From: Tubulanus polymorphus | Lineage: Eukaryota; Animalia; Nemertea | Reading direction: 5' to 3' | Assembly (NCBI RefSeq): GCF_964204645.1 | Contig: NC_134033.1 | Location: 16,190,655 to 16,254,654 of the forward strand | DNA: 64,000 nucleotides | Shown here: positions 40,830 through 53,603 of the stretch, piece by piece | Numbering within the stretch: position 1 is the stretch's first letter | Layout of the letters: each line of letters begins with the position of its first letter | The notes under the pieces: model-generated | What the model was told of the DNA's origin: nothing | What the model saw: only the letters and a program-made list of their open reading frames with translations | Databases searched by the model: none | Program-made: the position numbers and the translations under genes

Positions 40830-43800
40830 ATGGCTGACGTGGAAGTCGAAATTGATGAAAATCAGGTAAAAATTTACAAATTACGTTGTCTATGATAAAA
40901 TGACATGTGTATAAAATACCATTCTGAAAAATGTTTAACGTTGGGCAAATATTTAACTCAAATTCATAGTATTTTGACCGCTTTGTAAGCTGTGACGGCT
41001 TCTTAAACATTGAATTGACAACTAAAGTTTTCTCCACACCACAGTGACCAGTGTCATCAGTGACTGACTCAACCCCAGCTCCACGTCCCCCCTTTCCTCA
41101 CCTCCGCTTCCCAACAACCAGACCCTGTCTCCCTCCTCTTGATCTGGCCCTTTCATCCCCAGGAGAGGGACTGCAGTCTAGGTTGTACCTAATGTAGCTT
41201 TTTAAAGATATTACTCTCCTCTCCTACAATTTCCATCAATCCATGGTATCTGGTCGTTGGCGAAGTGCCCCTTTAGGCTGGATAAGTCAATAGATTTAAA
41301 GTTTAAAGATGATTATTTGCCTGTTGTGTATATGTCGGCCTAACTGATATTGTTTGTTTGTTGTTATTGTAGTCCGATACGTTATTAAACGACGTATCAT
41401 TGGAAGGTGATATCACCGTTCCCGGAGCTCCGCAGGAAGATGAAGACACTCTGTCTACGCTGGACGAACCCGTTAAAGATACCGTTGTAAGTTTCTATCC
41501 AATTGTCAATATCAGGGAGGCCGTGCTCAGGGAGGCCGTGCTCAGGGAGGCCGTGCTCACAGTGGCTTCACTCTGTTTTCTATTGACAAGTTTATAAGGC
41601 TGCAAAACTAAGAGAGTAGTGATATTTCGACTTAATGAGCCATTGCTGTTGTTGAAAAAAAAATATTTTGAAAATGGCTCATGGAGATATGTTGAAATAT
41701 CACTACTCGCTTAGGCACAGGGGCTCGTATCAGAGTTGTAGATTAAGGTAAAAACAATAATCTATTAATCCAATGTCTATAATGTATATGAAATAACTAT
41801 TTTATACACATTATAGACATCAGATTAACTGATTAGTCGCTTTTACATTAATCTAAAGCTCTGATACTCTGCCCCTGTGATCTTAGGATTCTTCACTGGG
41901 CCGATAGGGTAACCACATATTTTGAAATTCGCGGTGTTTATAGTAAAATCGAGGAATAATTTTAATTGTTTTTTTTTTTAGCTGAGGGACATGAAAGCGG
42001 TCGGTGTAAAGTTTTTTCACGTTTTTTATCCAAAAGAAAGCAAGAAATTATTACGAGAATGTAAGTGAAATACAGTGGAAATTATGTTTATATACAAATT
42101 CTCTATTTTAGATATAGATTGTCATTTTGCTGTTTCGATTTATTTCAGGGGATTTATGGGGTCCACTTGTACTGTGCGTATTTCTGGCCATGTAAGTTAT
42201 CAATTTTTCGAAAAAATTTTCAAGCTTTTCTTAAAAATCTTTGTTTTTAGCTTTTTTTTAGAGAGATTTGAGATTCTTACAGATCAGGGTATTCTGACTC
42301 TTTCCGTAAAAATCAGCGACAAATCCTGGAATTTGAATTTCTGGTCTGTTGTTGTTGCTGGTGACAAGCAGCAAAAGGAACCTCTTGATAAGAAACAGCT
42401 CTCACTGAGGATATCTTATAATTTAATCAGGGAATTTTTGGTCAAGGGCCAGGGAAATATCTGTAAGAACCCTTGAAATTAATCTGATATTGCGAAATTA
42501 AAACGCTGATTTTGTCTGTAGGATGCTGCAAGGTTCAACTGAACGAGCGAATGATTTGAACGACGGAGGTCCGCAGTTCGCTGAAGTGTTCGTCATTTAT
42601 TGGGTCGGGGCTGTGATCGTTACGTTAAATACCAAATTACTCGGAGGATCGATGTAAGTATTGAAACTATAAACGGATAACAGAAAATCAAGTCAGTAGT
42701 ATGATACATATTGATACATTAGTGGAACCTCGTTATAACAAACTCGGGATCTTGATATGGGAAGTTTTACTGAAAAAGCAGCTCTGTAATCAGGGCTGGC
42801 GGAAGGATAAGCACATTGGTCCAGCCACTTCTTACTGTCTGTAGTATTTCGAGCGCCCAAGGCATGAAGCACCGGTGGGGGAGTGGGAGTCCTCTTTTTG
42901 AAAAAGCTTTTGAAATGAGAAATGCGTTTTAACGACATTCTGGCGTGAGATATTTGAGATAAATCCCCTTACAACCGGGACAAAATTCACGGCAAGAAGA
43001 TACTAGGTTTTGTATGGGATCATTCATTTATTACGTACGCATAAAATTTGAATTTTTCGACCCCCCTCCCCCCTCTGTACGCAAAATCGGCCATTTCTTC
43101 ATATACATTAAGCATTACAGTACGCGATAGCACTGACCCTCCCCCCTCCCCTAATGCGTACGTAATAAATGAATGACCCCTATGTATATATTACGTCAAA
43201 AGTGAAACATGATCGGCAAAGTTTTGGTCCGGCCAAGGCCGCCCCGTTTCCTCCGGCCATTGTAATTAAGCGCCATTTTTCTCTGAATTTCAGATCGTTT
43301 TTCCAGAGTGTTTGCGTGTTAGGTTATTGTGTTTTACCGTTGACTATAGCTCTGATATTTTGTCGTATAATTCTCGTCGCCGGCCACACGACGGCGCTGT
43401 TCGTCGTTCGGTTAATTCTCGTCCTGATCGCGTTCTGCTGGTCTACGTTCGGTAAGTCATCATCCATATTTTACCGCACCCCATAATTACTGTAGATCTT
43501 TCAGGACCCGGTTATACGCGGTTACGAGTTCCGTTTTGGCTTTACGAAGTTGAATTCATGACATCTGCTTAGTTCGATACTTGTTGCGGGCATCTGTGAT
43601 TAAGACTCGAATCCTAACTGACAATACTCAACCGGGTCCTAGGATCTCGGAATTCTCAAAACCTAAAATTTTAACTAAAGTAAATTCAACGAAATACGAA
43701 CCAATTTCCACAGTTTGACTCGTTGAATGAAAATGAGTTCATTTCCGATTTTTCAAACCTTTGTCAAATTCTAATTGAACAGAAGTTGAACACGCCGCTA

Positions 43801-44136
43801 GCTTCTGGGTTCAGTTCCACGGTTGTCAGTTAAAGTTAATGCTGTATAAAAATCAATGAGTCAAATCTGAACTCAGAACTGTGGAACTGGGTCGAAGATC
43901 TCGTTCTGTAGGTCTCGGTTAGACTTCATTTAGATGAGATTTTTTCAATTCAGAAATCATCGAAATATCGCCAATATTTTACAACCGTAATCGTATGAAC
44001 TGTTTCGATATTTTCAGCGTCTACCGCGTTCCTCGGTGATAGTCAACCTCCGCATCGGAAGGGTCTCGCGGTTTATCCGATATTCCTATTCTATTTCGTC
44101 ATCAGTTGGTTGATCATTTCGCATACTCATTTCTAA
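40830..44136 (+). CDS. YIPF6: Protein YIPF6 (Yip1 domain family)
   Basis: Exons 40830-40865, 41373-41486, 41982-42060, 42149-42191, 42522-42653, 43294-43451 and 44018-44136. They join in frame: STLDEPVKDTVLRDMKAVG..WDLWGPL..GGPQFAEVF..KLLGGSISFFQSVCVLGYC..ASTAFLGDSQPPHRKGLAVYPIFLFYFVISWLI. Confidence 0.96.
41718..41878. mobile_element. Short palindromic MITE
   Basis: caggggctcgtatcagagttgtagattaa ... ttaatctaaagctctgatactctgcccctg. Confidence 0.65.
42270..42474. mobile_element. hAT-like MITE family E (TIR CAGGGTTCTTACAGAT)
   Basis: ttcttacagat ... atctgtaagaaccct. A second copy at 63387-63592 shares aaggaacctcttga.aagaaacagc. Confidence 0.7.
43016..43161. mobile_element. Harbinger-like MITE
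   Basis: TIR gggatcattcatttattacgtacgca / tgcgtacgtaataaatgaatgacccc. Confidence 0.7.
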
Positions 44137-44549
44137 TATACGACAGCGACATCTGGTGGATGAGACTGAGCAATTACAACGCCCCCTGGTGGATTAGATT
44201 TCGGGGATTTCTGATTTCATTGTATTTAATCCTCAGGGTGGTTGAAAGGACTGTGGATTCGAAGCACCCCTTTGGACTGTTCTTGAAATTTCACCCCGGT
44301 GGCTGACGTCATTAGGATATGACCCCCGATGAACATTCCAGTGGTTGCTGAATGACCAGTAGTTCGGGATTCGATTGATAGATGGCGTATAGGTGTACAT
44401 ACTTTCTATGGTTATTTTTGCTTTATAAAATCTGTAACTAAAAAGCTGATTTATAAAAAAACGATCAAAATTGTGCCGTTAATTTCTACTGTAAAACAGA
44501 TGTCTTATCGGGAAGATCTGCGTTCGAATCATGCGTGGAACATGCTCCC

Positions 44550-44822
44550 TCGGCAGGGATTCGAGCCTGATGGCATCGCTAGCCTCCGCCACACTAGACC
44601 GGGTGCACAGGCACTCATGCGCAGCTTTGCCGTGCGAAAATTTGCGGCACCAATCAGATTTCTCGTTGTATAAACGCTGAGGCAAATTTCACGGATAAAC
44701 TGTCTAGGGAAAACCCGGGCTAAAATTAAAACGGGATTCGTGATTTGCTAATAATGACATCATCCAAGCTGCGTATTCGGTCTAGTGTTGCGGGTTTCAT
44801 ACTGTGGCAAGTCTCGATGCCC
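44550..44822. mobile_element. MITE family B in the YIPF6 3' region
   Basis: Homologous to 15014-15335. Confidence 0.7.
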
Positions 44823-45874
44823 GGGGGAAGATGGCGTTGACGAACATTTCCAATGATGCAGCGCTGCGATAGGATCGTCTGTCATATACCCGTTTCTTTG
44901 TTATTTGTACTTGTACATACTTTATCTAAATTTGTGTAATTTCCGAATCCAAACTCAGTGGGTTTTATTCGTATTAGGTAAATTAGGGACGCGATACGTC
45001 TTCAATGCGAAGAATTATCTGTATTTTAAATTTCTAAATCTCTAAAACTATTTGTATGAAATATTATCGTATTGTAAATTTGAGAATAAATAACATCGTA
45101 TTTATTTATTATTGTAAAATAAAAAAAACATATTTGCAACTTTCAACGTTTTGTTTAATTTCGTATCAGTTTCTGGTTTCTGATCATCTTTGAAAGTTTC
45201 TTCGGTGTGTAGATGAACCTTTTAGTAGTTTCTGGCGTTACCACTAGGGGGTGGTAGAGCGTCGTAGGTTACTGTGGATACAACCACTTCCAAAAACTGG
45301 GTGAAGGCGTGACACCACCACCGCGGGAACACCCTGTCTAGACGTAACGGGAGGGGGGCACCAAGGGCTCCTTAAAAAGTTGCCCTGAAATTGTACAGGC
45401 AAATGAAACATAATGAACTGTTAGCAAAACGTTTAGATTCATAAAATCTTGTTCTTTTCCAAAAATGAGTTAATGTGTAACGATGTTTTTTCTATGTTAG
45501 CCCTTTTAATGATTTTATATACGCCCTATATTGGGCTGCAACCCTCCCTGAATCAGACTTCAGATCAGCCCCTGGGGCCGTTTTCACCAAGCACCCGGTT
45601 ACCTACGTGTCACGTCTGCCCGAGAGTTCACCCATTAATCTTACGTGACACGGGTGTTTCGTGAATACGGCCCCTGGGCGCTGTTGTCCTTGGTATAGCG
45701 CAGAGGGTGGCTAAGAATTCATTCGGAGTCGGTTTTGGCAGATTCTGTATTGTTATCGCGATGTGATTTCCGTGGACAAATATTGTCCTGATAAACTAAT
45801 TAGTCTCACGCAATTATGACTAAGACTGTTGTTAGTGACTTCAATATCGTTTTGTGTGCGACGAGATCCTAGTA

Positions 45875-48800
45875 CTAGAAATGCGCCTGATGATTTCTCG
45901 ACGCGTCCATGAACTGTTTCTTGCCGGCCGCTAATTGCGAAATAAGCTTCGCCGTTTTCCTAACGTCGCTCTCCGTATTCAAACTCAGTATCGGCGACGA
46001 GGGAGATTTCGGGTAGAATTTCCAATTGTTCACGTTCCTCGTCGCCGGCGGTGGCGCTGTTCGATGATCGACCGCGTTCGGTAGTGTCACGTGATCGTCT
46101 GCCTCGATCCAGGCGTGTTTGTACGACGCGAACGGTACCCTAGTTCCGCCGAGGATGTCGTCCTCGTCGGCGATACGAGGCAGGTATATCGCCGGTCTGT
46201 TCGATGTTATCAGCGGGTTGTTAAACGCCCTATAAGCGCCGCCTCCTCCTCCAGTTCGATAATGTCCTCCGCCGACTGTATCACCCTCACTTATCAGGTA
46301 AGCGTGTCCGTTTCCCCTGCCCACCTTCTCAACTCTCGACCTTCCCCTGTTCAGATACTCGACCATATCTTTCTTCTTTTCTCTGTAATGAAAATGAATG
46401 ATACTCCTGATATTACTAGAGAATCCCACAAAAAAAAACGAAAAAACAGTCCGAAGTTCGTTATTATTGTGGAATTCTCTCTTCATCACTTCAACACGGA
46501 TCCATAGTGTTTTATCAATCGTGATACTCTGATATTCACTCCCAAACGTAATACAGTGGAACCTCGTTACCACTTCACGGGACCAAAAAATCTGTTCGTT
46601 ATAACCGATAGTTCGTTATAACCATTATGCAATAATCGGAATTCGCTTATCTGGGACGAAATTCTAGGTTTTTTTATAAACGATAAAACGGTCGTACGAG
46701 GTTCCACTGTATATCTGTAATGGAATATAGCACAGTTGCTTAAGTGAGATGGGGTCGGTGTTATAGGGGGCGCCACTGACCTTCGTCTGCAGATCAAAAT
46801 ACACATCCACAAGCAACTGAATATAATACCGACAAACTCGAGCAACGTCACGCAGGAAATACCGACCAATAACGCCGAAGCGCCACCTATATGCGAGAGG
46901 AATACCCACACCTGTAAAACATGATACGAATATCGAATTGCAAGGACGACTTTCTTAATTTCAGAGCAGGTATGATAAACATCGGCTACTTACATTTTCT
47001 GTGTACGTTTCTGTAAACTCGTTGATGTGAGCGTCTTGGTAAAATATTTCGAATTTGGCGAAATTATTTCTGAAAAAAAATCGCATGCAACGATGCTCCA
47101 ATTGAATGTGCAATGAAATAAACGGTGGGAATTTTCACCAACAGGGGGCGTTGCAAATACTCACTTGATGTAAGTTTCGTTTTTCCAAGAAGCCTTGACA
47201 GCTGGCTAAAAAAATTACGATTGTCAAAAAAAGATAATATGATGAAAAGATTTTTTTTTGAAACGATGATCGTATAAGATGATTTAAAACGGAAGGACTG
47301 GACGAGTGTAAGTTTGATTGCTACGTACGTTATGGAAGCTTGCTGGATTTAACCACGTGGTCTCAAACGTGGTAGACTTATAAACAACTTCGCTAAAATT
47401 AAAGAAATAATGTTTAATTGAATTGAGAAAGTTTTATTTTGCTTTTTTCTCTTCATTTGATCAAACAATAAAAAACATCCTACAACTTACGAGCATTGTG
47501 CTTTACAATCACATTCACTTCCGTTCGGTTTTAGTGACGTCATAACTAGTTTGCATAAATCTGCATAATATATTCGATTTACAGTGATACATTCGATTCG
47601 TTATTAATATATTGTGTATCATTAAATCATTAGTGAAATCATAAGAGAGAATGGGGAACTGTCAACGCTACTGTGGCAATCGAGGATTCCACTTGTGGCA
47701 AGTAAGGTTCCGCCAAGTGTCGCTAGTGTCGTTCAGCTTCTTCTGCGCTTCAATTGAGATCCAATGAACTGCGACCTTAGATAAATAAATTGGAAACTAT
47801 ACCAACTGCCGTGTAGAAAAATGAATCCGATGTATATTCTGTGGATTCGGGGCCTAGGAATCAATTCAAAGATGAATGAACTAATTCTTAACGTTAGACC
47901 GAGTGCTCGTAACGCCATCTCGCGGAATAGTTCCCCATTTCATTGATTAAAATAGATTGACTAATTTACATACATTGTTGTATATTCCTGCCGCTACATA
48001 CAGATTCGGCCGCTCCGTGGCGCTGCGCGTTGCCCAGCGAACAATTGCAATATTTTTTCAAGTCGGCGTCTAAACAGTTTTGCAAACAAACCTTTTAGAA
48101 ACCAAAAAAAAACAAATATATATTTAAAAAACGCGTTTGTAATATCCTATCGAAATGATTTCGACGATATTATGCAAACGTATATTTCAGCGAAGAATCG
48201 CTATATGTTTCTGTTAAATGCTGAATTATTAATTGTAGATAACAAATTTACAGTCGTTGAGAGCGGCTGTTGAAGTGGGTAGAGTTGAGAGTTTTGGGAA
48301 CGGTTAAAACTGTATAGATAAAAACCAATTAATAATTACCGACCATCGTCACCGGTAAAACCTGTATATACGTGTATAACACGGGGATCTAGTTCCAAAT
48401 AGTTAGATTTCGATTATTAGTTTCATTGTTTCATTTTTCAAACATCAAACAATCCCTAGGAAAAAATGTTAACTCACAACAGGTCCAGGGCCTACCGACA
48501 GCTGGGCCCGGTCTTATAGACTGGTATTACCTTTAACCCGGGGGCTAACTTAATTGATAATGAATTGAGTTAGCCGGCCAACGGGTAATAACAGTCTATA
48601 AAACCGGCCCCTGGAGTTTAGTAAGGTAACCCGCGGCCACACATACCAGGGGTCTGGTTAGGTGAGAGGGAGAGATCGGGGCGAGGGAAAAGAAGTGGTA
48701 GAGGGACAGAGAAAGGATATAGGGAGAGAGAGTGGAGGAGAGTGAGAGAGATTGGAAGAGAGGGAGAGAGAGTGGAAGAGAGGGAGAGGGAGTGGAAGAA

Positions 48801-51800
48801 AGAGGGGGATAAGGGAGAGATGAGAAAGAGAAGGGAAATTTCTACTTACTTTAGGATGATCCAAATTGCAATTTTCAGCTAATCTCTTGTAAAAATACTA
48901 AAAATCGAACAAACAAAATAATTTGATCATCAATTCAATTCGTATGAAATTACTAATATTGGCGGATACAGCGGTTCATCTACCTCGGTGATAGCGATAG
49001 AGACGGCTTTACCGGGAGTTAATACCACTGCGAGTGGAGCGGCATAGAACTGGTCGTCGTGACGGTGAATATAAACACGAATTCCCAAGTATTGCGTCGT
49101 ATTTAAATACTGGTCGGTTTGTAAGTCGACAATACTGTTGAATACTAGCAAGCAGAGAAAATACATCATAAAAACAGTGAAGACCTTCACATCCAGTCCC
49201 GTGGAAACTGGTGGCATGATATTTCATTTTGTTAAGGGCGTCGCGGTGATTGGGTCACGTCCTTGACCCTTGCGATGTGGCCTTCAGCCACAGACGACCA
49301 CCTTCTGGAGTTTTCTCTGCTCGAGGTGCTTGGCATCAGACAAGCAATGGCGACTATACAACCACACTGCTAAGCTGTGTGTCCATAAATCGAAAAGCTT
49401 TTTGTGAACTGATATACGTGTGGATACGATGTTCTAGCTAAGTAACATTTTGTTTAATCCGCCCATTAAAAACCTATAAATCAGGCACAACAGTCAACAT
49501 GTTTGTTGGCCCCAACATGTTTTAAGATCGTTTAAACGAACTGGAACCGGAATTTCCAATTACGTATGTATGATTTCAATAAAAAATACTGTAAATTCGA
49601 TCACAAGTCGATCACGTCGATTTCCGATTTCAAAATTAAACCCCCTGATTCTCTCCCGGCAGGTGTCAGTGGTGGTGCGTTTTCAGGGGACAATACATCA
49701 AGACGAATCAGACCAAATCTACCAATCAAACACTAGGAGGGACAATCCCTATTTCACAAGATAGAAACACTGAACACAAATAACGTAAAACCTACCACAC
49801 CTGCCGGGAATAAAACTGGGAGTTTCATTTTCGGAAATCGGTGTATATTTGATATGCGTAGATGGAACTGGATAATTGGAAATTTTGATGTAAGTGTATT
49901 AGCTGAGTAGACCTCCAGCTGACGCGAATACGTACCAGTTTTCTGTGAAATTATTACGTTTTGAGTGACATTTTCCCGTTTGTTTTTGTATGTGATACAA
50001 TTTCCATAATTCATGTCGGTGACGACTTCAAAATCGCTGGAACATAATAATGAAATGTGTAGGAAAATCTGAATGATTGGGGTACGAATGCGAGTGTGCG
50101 GGCTTCAGGGTGCCAGTCGCACAGACAAGGCTTACATTTAAGACCAGTCTTAGACTAGCTTTACTCTATAATAGCCAATCAAACAACTTAAGGCCATTCT
50201 AAGCCGATTTTGGTTCTACCAACTTAGAAGTGGTCTAAACTAATTATGGTTCTAACAATTTCAGACCAGTTTAAGTTCGTTTTGGTTCTACTACATATCT
50301 AACGACAGAAGACCAATCCTAAGCTCATTTTAGTTCTATAGCCAATCTAACAACTTTAGACCAGTCAAAAAGATTTAAGACCACTTATGGTCACGACTGT
50401 GCGATAAGGTTATATAATTTGGGCTTTAATTAAGAATAATTGTAGTTATTCTTCTTAACTTCACCCAGAAGTCGTCCAGAGTTTTATTTTCACAATATAT
50501 ATTTTCTATTCTCTTCTATACTTCTTATCGTAAATTAACTCGTCAATCAAATATACAACAACGAAGAAATTGAATCTAATCGGAAGGCGTCAAGAGTGAA
50601 CTGATTAAAACAAGAACGCGGTTGCCTTAGCAATTTCACGTGATTTATGAATAAATATTAACTTCACTTGCAGTAAAAAAACGCACCATCAGCACCAGCA
50701 GCACCAGCACCAGCAGCAGCAGCAGCAGTGCTGAGAACATTAAACTAATGGCCTGTGAATAAAACACTCTACGAAGTAATTCTGCGGTATTAGATTTCAC
50801 GTTGAGAAATAAAGGTCGATATAGTATGTAGCCGCGATGCCGCCGAGTCGCTCGCGACAGAGAGAGACCCAATCGAACATTCACACTTTTAACTGGTATT
50901 TTATGAGATGTTGGTTGTCTCTCTGCGGGAGGCTGGGTCGGTGGTGATGCGATGATGGCGTGAGCTAGGAGGTGGAGGAAGGGGGGGCACTGACCAAATC
51001 AAAAGTCGATATCCATACGCGAAAATTATGTGTCTATCGTACTATGCATGAACAAGCCTTGATCAGCTTTAAGTATAGGTAATATCAATCGGCAACCTTT
51101 CGGCGGGGTTCTTCCAGAGAGTCAAGCCGAAGAACCCCTAAAGGTTCTGCAGAAGAACCATTCAATTTGGTTCTAAGAATATGGCTCCACAGTTCCACAG
51201 TTGTAACTACGAGTTAAAATTAGTTCATTTTTAAACGAGTCAGGTCTATACTCAGAACTGATGGGTGCCCTGGACCACGTCCTTCGTACATTCGCCTGAC
51301 CGTCGTAATGAGCCGAAAATATCCGGCGCAGCTGATGTTATCGGATATCTGACTGTCTAATCAGCAGAACATTATAGTTCCGCGGTTAAAATTTGAAGAG
51401 GGTTAAAACATTGAAATCAGTGAAACTTAACCGAGAATTGTGGAACTGGTTTCAGATCAATACCTACTTACCGGTACATATACCGGTACATTCCGGCACT
51501 AATTTGACTATTTAACTCAACTATAGACGCAGACGAGAGTCTTGTTTAGTCGCTTTTGATCGATATTTCATCATTTCGATTTAAGAATCGACTGAAATTG
51601 ATTCTGACCAACGTGTTAACAACAGAATTTTGAGAATGTGTTCCTAAAACACAAATGAACACATTACCGTTTCGAAAGTTTAAGAATCAACTGTAAAAAT
51701 GGTCGATGGTTTTGCAGTTGAAAAAGAATTCATAAAACCTAGAACCTGACACTTGAAAAGTGATATGCGTTGATTTTCCATCGGTTTGAGACTGTGGTCG

Positions 51801-52641
51801 ATTTACTTATTTGCTTCGAAAATACATTCGAAAAATCATTTTAAAAAAAATTCATTTGATTCACGGGAATTTTTGGTTAGAATTGTACTCGAAATTTTAG
51901 ACAACGTGTTAACGATAAAACCCGGCGTTTAGGAATGCGTCAATTTAAAACAAACTTGAACACGAACCTTTCCGAACATTTACCGCCTAAAAACTCACAA
52001 TCGACGACCGTCGAATTCAGAATATCAGCACCGAGTTTTCGAACGCTTGAAAATCCGATTTTATCCATAACATTTTCGTAAATATCGTCGTCTTTCAATC
52101 TGTTTAAAATTCGACTATAAATCCGTCTGTTTGTAACCCCCCTCAACCGCAGTAATTCCTGTAAATATGTCGTATTTAAAGCTGCCGCGATCTGATCAGC
52201 AGTTCGTAATCGCGTTTGAATTTTCGGGTCTTTCAAAGCCGATTTTTGAAACGGGTTATAGTTACAGAGCGTAATCGACGGGAATTGTCGCGGATTCGAA
52301 CCGCGGACTTGCCGCTGGACGAATTTCGATTCCATCGTTAAGTACGCGTCGATTAGTTTATACAGTAAAAATCCCAGACCCGTGCAACCGCAGAGGAAAA
52401 TCAGGACCCAGATCAGTTTCGTGAACGCCCATCTGGTTTTGGCCGCGTACGGCAGCCCGTGAGCGCTCGAAATAAGGAAAAGGTGTCGAACCCCGCGACA
52501 GAAGGAATATTGCTCCGAATCCCGAGCCGGTCTGGCTCCAGCCGCGCCGACTCCGCGGGAATCCTCCGACCAAGGTTCACATTGCAACTGATTCACGTAA
52601 CGTTCACATTTCTCTTGCCACGACTCCTCGCTGTCGTCCAT
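45875..52641 (-). CDS. Degenerin/ENaC (ASIC-like) sodium channel subunit
   Basis: Exons: 52641-51968 (SSAHGL, TM1, FPSITLCNYNPF, VDCEF.G..C); 50036-49936 (YGNCITY); 49144-48984 (GIRVYIH..PG); 48897-48850; 48091-47974 (CLQNC..YCNC); 47560-47491 (CDCKAQC); 47392-47329; 47205-47165; 47069-46994; 46911-46781 (TM2 LSHIGGASALLVGISCVTLLEF); 46382-45875. Confidence 0.92.
46554..46709. mobile_element. Tc1/pogo-like MITE with TA target duplication
   Basis: ta|cagtggaacctcgt ... acgaggttccactg|ta. Confidence 0.85.
48660..48836. repeat. GA-rich low-complexity tract
   Basis: Purine-rich run of gagag/ggaag motifs. Confidence 0.85.
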
Positions 52642-53603
52642 CTTTGATTAACTCGTCGTCCGACGTACAGGGGGCGCTACGATCGCCAGTCGATTCGAAG
52701 CACGAACCCCTATATATTGACACGTATTTTCAGTCGCGCGTCGATATCGCGTGTGTAAATTCCTAACCGTTTAAAGATACGCAATGTGAACCTCTAAAGC
52801 GTCTCTTGCGAACTAAAAGGCTGGAACACTTCACGTCGGCACCGCTCCAATATCGCTGCAACCTCGCCGTATCGGCCGCAGTTGCCATTAGTAATAACAT
52901 CGCACCGACGCACGCTCTCCCTCTCCTCTCAATATCGGCAGTTGAAGTGTCTCCTGCAATTCTGGCACTTATGTTTTATTGTTTTCGATTATTCGCTAAT
53001 TGCGCACCGGGTAATTTCATTACATATATATCAAAATATAGTCGTTGAACCGATGGTGATGTTGTAATGTTGTAATGCAGGTGATATGGAACTCTACGTT
53101 CGATTGTGGTAATCGAGGATTCCGCTTGTGGCAAGCGACGATCCACCAGGTGTCGCTAGTGTGCGGTGGGACAACGATGCCGCATTTTGTCCTTAAATTT
53201 AAATGAAATTTCGCGATATAGAGAGAACAAAAATAGCTCGATGTTTGATTTTGCAAGATAAATACGATTTTATTCGATACAAATTACAAGCGTATTCATA
53301 AAATAATAGGCAAGCGACGATCCACTAGGTGTCACTAGTGTGCAGTAGGACAACGATGCCGCGTATCTTCTGAAAATCTATCCATTTCTCGCACCATATT
53401 AGCCTTTTTAAAGAGTTATTCAAGAGACATGATGTGCCTATGCGCGCATTCTTGATTATGCCGCTTTTTTCGATACCGATGGCAAAGCAATCAAAACTAA
53501 GAACGAATTACTGCTGTCTTTGTTTTTGCAAGACGAACACGATTCTATTTATTGATACAAGTTACAAGATTTCACGAGACAATGTGATTAATTTTCAGTT
53601 AGT

